From Schizochytrium sp. TIO01 (lineage: Eukaryota > Protista > Bigyra: Labyrinthulomycetes), in contig SMSO01000031.1 of assembly GCA_004764695.1 (NCBI GenBank), positions 1-37,169 on the forward strand: 37,169 nt of DNA, in the 5' to 3' direction. Position numbers and translations under genes: made by a program. The notes under the pieces were generated by a model that worked only from the letters and a program-made list of their open reading frames with translations, was not told the origin of the DNA and searched no databases. Of the stretch, positions 34,671 through 37,169 are shown in pieces. Every line of letters begins with the position of its first letter. The stretch's first letter is position 1.

Positions 34671-37169
34671 ATGTCATTAACCACTAAAGATATTAATGTT
34701 TCACAAGTATCATCAGAAAGCTGCTGAAATTTGCAACAGGGTAAATGTGTTTTTTCAGAAAAGCAATACTTTAACATGTGTTTTTACTGACCTTTGAAAG
34801 TTATTTCTTGATCTCTCATATTATTAATAGGGGGAGGGAAACGAGTTTAGTAGTGTTGTAACTCTATGCATATAATAGATAGAACTTTGCTAGAAGCATC
34901 GTCGGATAGCTGAATAATAGTTAAAGTGGGTGCATTTGATTTATGAGAGAAACGTTTCTTTCAAGCCTGAGAAAAGAAGCTCTAAGTTGGCACTCTATTT
35001 GTGAGCAGAAAAATGATTAGTATAAGGTTCATTTTCTCAACAACGGGAAAAGATATTACTCATCAGGTGGTACCGTTGGAAAGCTGTTAAAATTTACAAC
35101 AGGCTAGATGTGTTTGCTCAGGCGAAATGTTTTTAAAATTTATTTTTACTGACCTTTGAAAGTTATTTCTTAGTCGCCCATATCATTAATAGGGAGAAAG
35201 AAGTGAGTTTAGTAGTGCTCTAACTCAATGAATAGAATAGAAAGGACTTTGCTATAGGAACCTCTTGATAGAACATGAATTGCTGAGATGCCCGAATTTG
35301 ATTTGTGAGAAAAAAGACCCTGTCAAGCTTGAGAAAAGAAGCTCCAAGTTATCATTCTGTTTGTGAGCAGGACAGAGAATTAAATGGTTAGTATAAGATT
35401 CATTTTCTCAACAACGGGATAATATATTAATTATTGAAGTGTACCATTGGAAAGCTGGTTGAATTTACAACAGATTGAATGTGTTTTCTCAGAAAAAATA
35501 CTTTTAACATGCATTTTACTGACCTTTAAAAGTTATTTTTTTTGTCTCTCATATTATTAATAGGGGGAAGGAACTGGGTTAGTAGTGTTGTATCTCTATA
35601 AATACAATCGACAGAGCTTTTCTACAAACATCATTCGATAGTTTATGAAGTGTTAAGATGATTGCATTTGATTTATGAGAAAATATGTTCTTGCAAGCTG
35701 GAGAAAAAAAGCCCCAAGTTGTCATTCTATTGGTGAGCAGGATAGAGAATTGAACGGCTAGTATAAAATTCATTTTCTCAACAACGGGGAAAGATATTAA
35801 TCGTGGAGGGGTACCGTTGGAAAGCTGGGCCAATTTACAACAGGGTTGATGTGTTTGCTTAGCTGAAATATTCTTAAAATGTGTTTCTACTGACCTTTGA
35901 AAGATTATTTTTTGTGTCTCATATTATTAATAGGGGGAAGGAACCGAGTTTAGTAGTGTTTTAACTCTATGAGTAGAGTAAGCAGAACTTTTCTAGAAGA
36001 ACCACTCAATAGCGCATGAATTGTTGAGATGGCCGCGTTTGATTCATGAGAGAAAAGCTTCTTGCAAGCTTGAGAAAAGAAGCTCTAAGTTGTTACTCTA
36101 TTTGATAACAAAAGAAAGAATTAAATGATTAGTATAAGATTCATTTTCTCAATAATGAAGCAATACATTAATCATGGAGTGGTACCGCTGGAAAGCTGTT
36201 TAAATTTACAACAGGGTAAATGTGTTGGTTCAGAAAAACAAAAGTTTTATTCATGTTTTTATTGACTTTCGAAAGTTATTCTTTGGTCTCTCATATTATT
36301 AATAGGGGGAAGGAACCAAGTTTAGTAGTGGTCTAACTCTTTGAGTAGAATAAACAGAACTTTTCTACAAACACCATTCTATAGCGCATGGATTGTGGAG
36401 ATGGCCGCATTTGATTTATGAGAGAAAATCTTCTTTCAAGTTTGAGAAAAGAAGCTCTAAGTTGTTACTCTATTTGATAACAAAAGAAAGAATTAAAAGA
36501 TTTGTACAAGATTCATTTTCTCAATAATGAAGCAATATATTAATCATGGAGGGGTACCGTTGGAAAGCTGATGCAATTTACCACAGGGTAGATGTGTTTG
36601 CTCAGGTGAAATATTCTTTAAATGTGTTTTTACTGACCTTTGAAAGTTTATTTTTGGTCTCTCATATTATTAATAGGGGGAGGAACCGAGTTTAGTAGTG
36701 TTTTAACTCTATGAGTAGAGTATGCAGAACTTTTCTAGAAGAACCACTCGATAGCCCATTACTTGTTAAGATGGCCGCATTTGATTTATGAGAGAAAAAC
36801 GTTTTTTCAAGTTTGAGAAAAGAAGCTCCAAGTTGATACTCTATTTGTTGGCAGGATAAAGAATAAATGATTAGTATAAGATTCATTTTCTCAACAATGA
36901 AGCAATATATTAATCATGGAGGGGTACTGTTGGAAAGCTGATGCATTTACCACAGGGTAGATGTGTTTGCTCAGGTGAAATATTCTTAAAATGTGCTTTT
37001 ACTGACCTTGTTGAAAGATATTTCTTAGTTTTTAATATTATTAATAGGGGGAAGGAACTGGGTTTAGTAGTGTTTTAACTCTATGAGAGAGTAAATACGA
37101 ACTTTTATACAAGAACCATCGATAAGAAACTTCATTGCTAGATGCCCGCTTGATTTTATGATTGAAAAT
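34671..37169. repeat. Long tandem repeat block 3: ~7 units of 362-372 bp, running off the window
   Basis: Anchor ttaataggg at 34824, 35186, 35557, 35927, 36299, 36670, 37041. Confidence 0.93.

Noticed and set aside
33259-36886. ORFs within the long repeats
   Set aside because: Frames are not preserved between repeat copies.
30942-37169. 5S rRNA gene or true telomere
   Set aside because: No 5S-like sequence or long TTAGG tract is visible inside the window.

Overview
Eukaryotic genomic DNA. The 18S looks like a thraustochytrid (Aurantiochytrium/Schizochytrium-like; recognised by eye, not searched), and the layout is probably subtelomeric. From left to right: two intron-containing tRNA-Pro(CGG) genes; a CSFS glutaredoxin; decayed sequence containing an LRR-gene remnant and a solo LTR; a 15-exon LRR-Roc-COR-TIR (ROCO) gene; a second family of 84-nt-exon LRR genes present as a ~2 kb duplication on either side of a young Ty1/copia element (TATTG..CAATA ends, TTAGG repeats in its LTRs); one 18S-5.8S-28S rDNA unit; and three blocks of long tandem repeats. 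The ORF track misses the main feature. The 5 kb repeat at ~5.0-10.1 kb is an array of 13 symmetric 84-nt LRR exons in near-identical, hairpin-forming introns. Nearly all exon variation falls in five predicted surface codons, and exon and intron variants are shuffled relative to each other. This looks like a diversifying immune-type receptor with a TIR effector.
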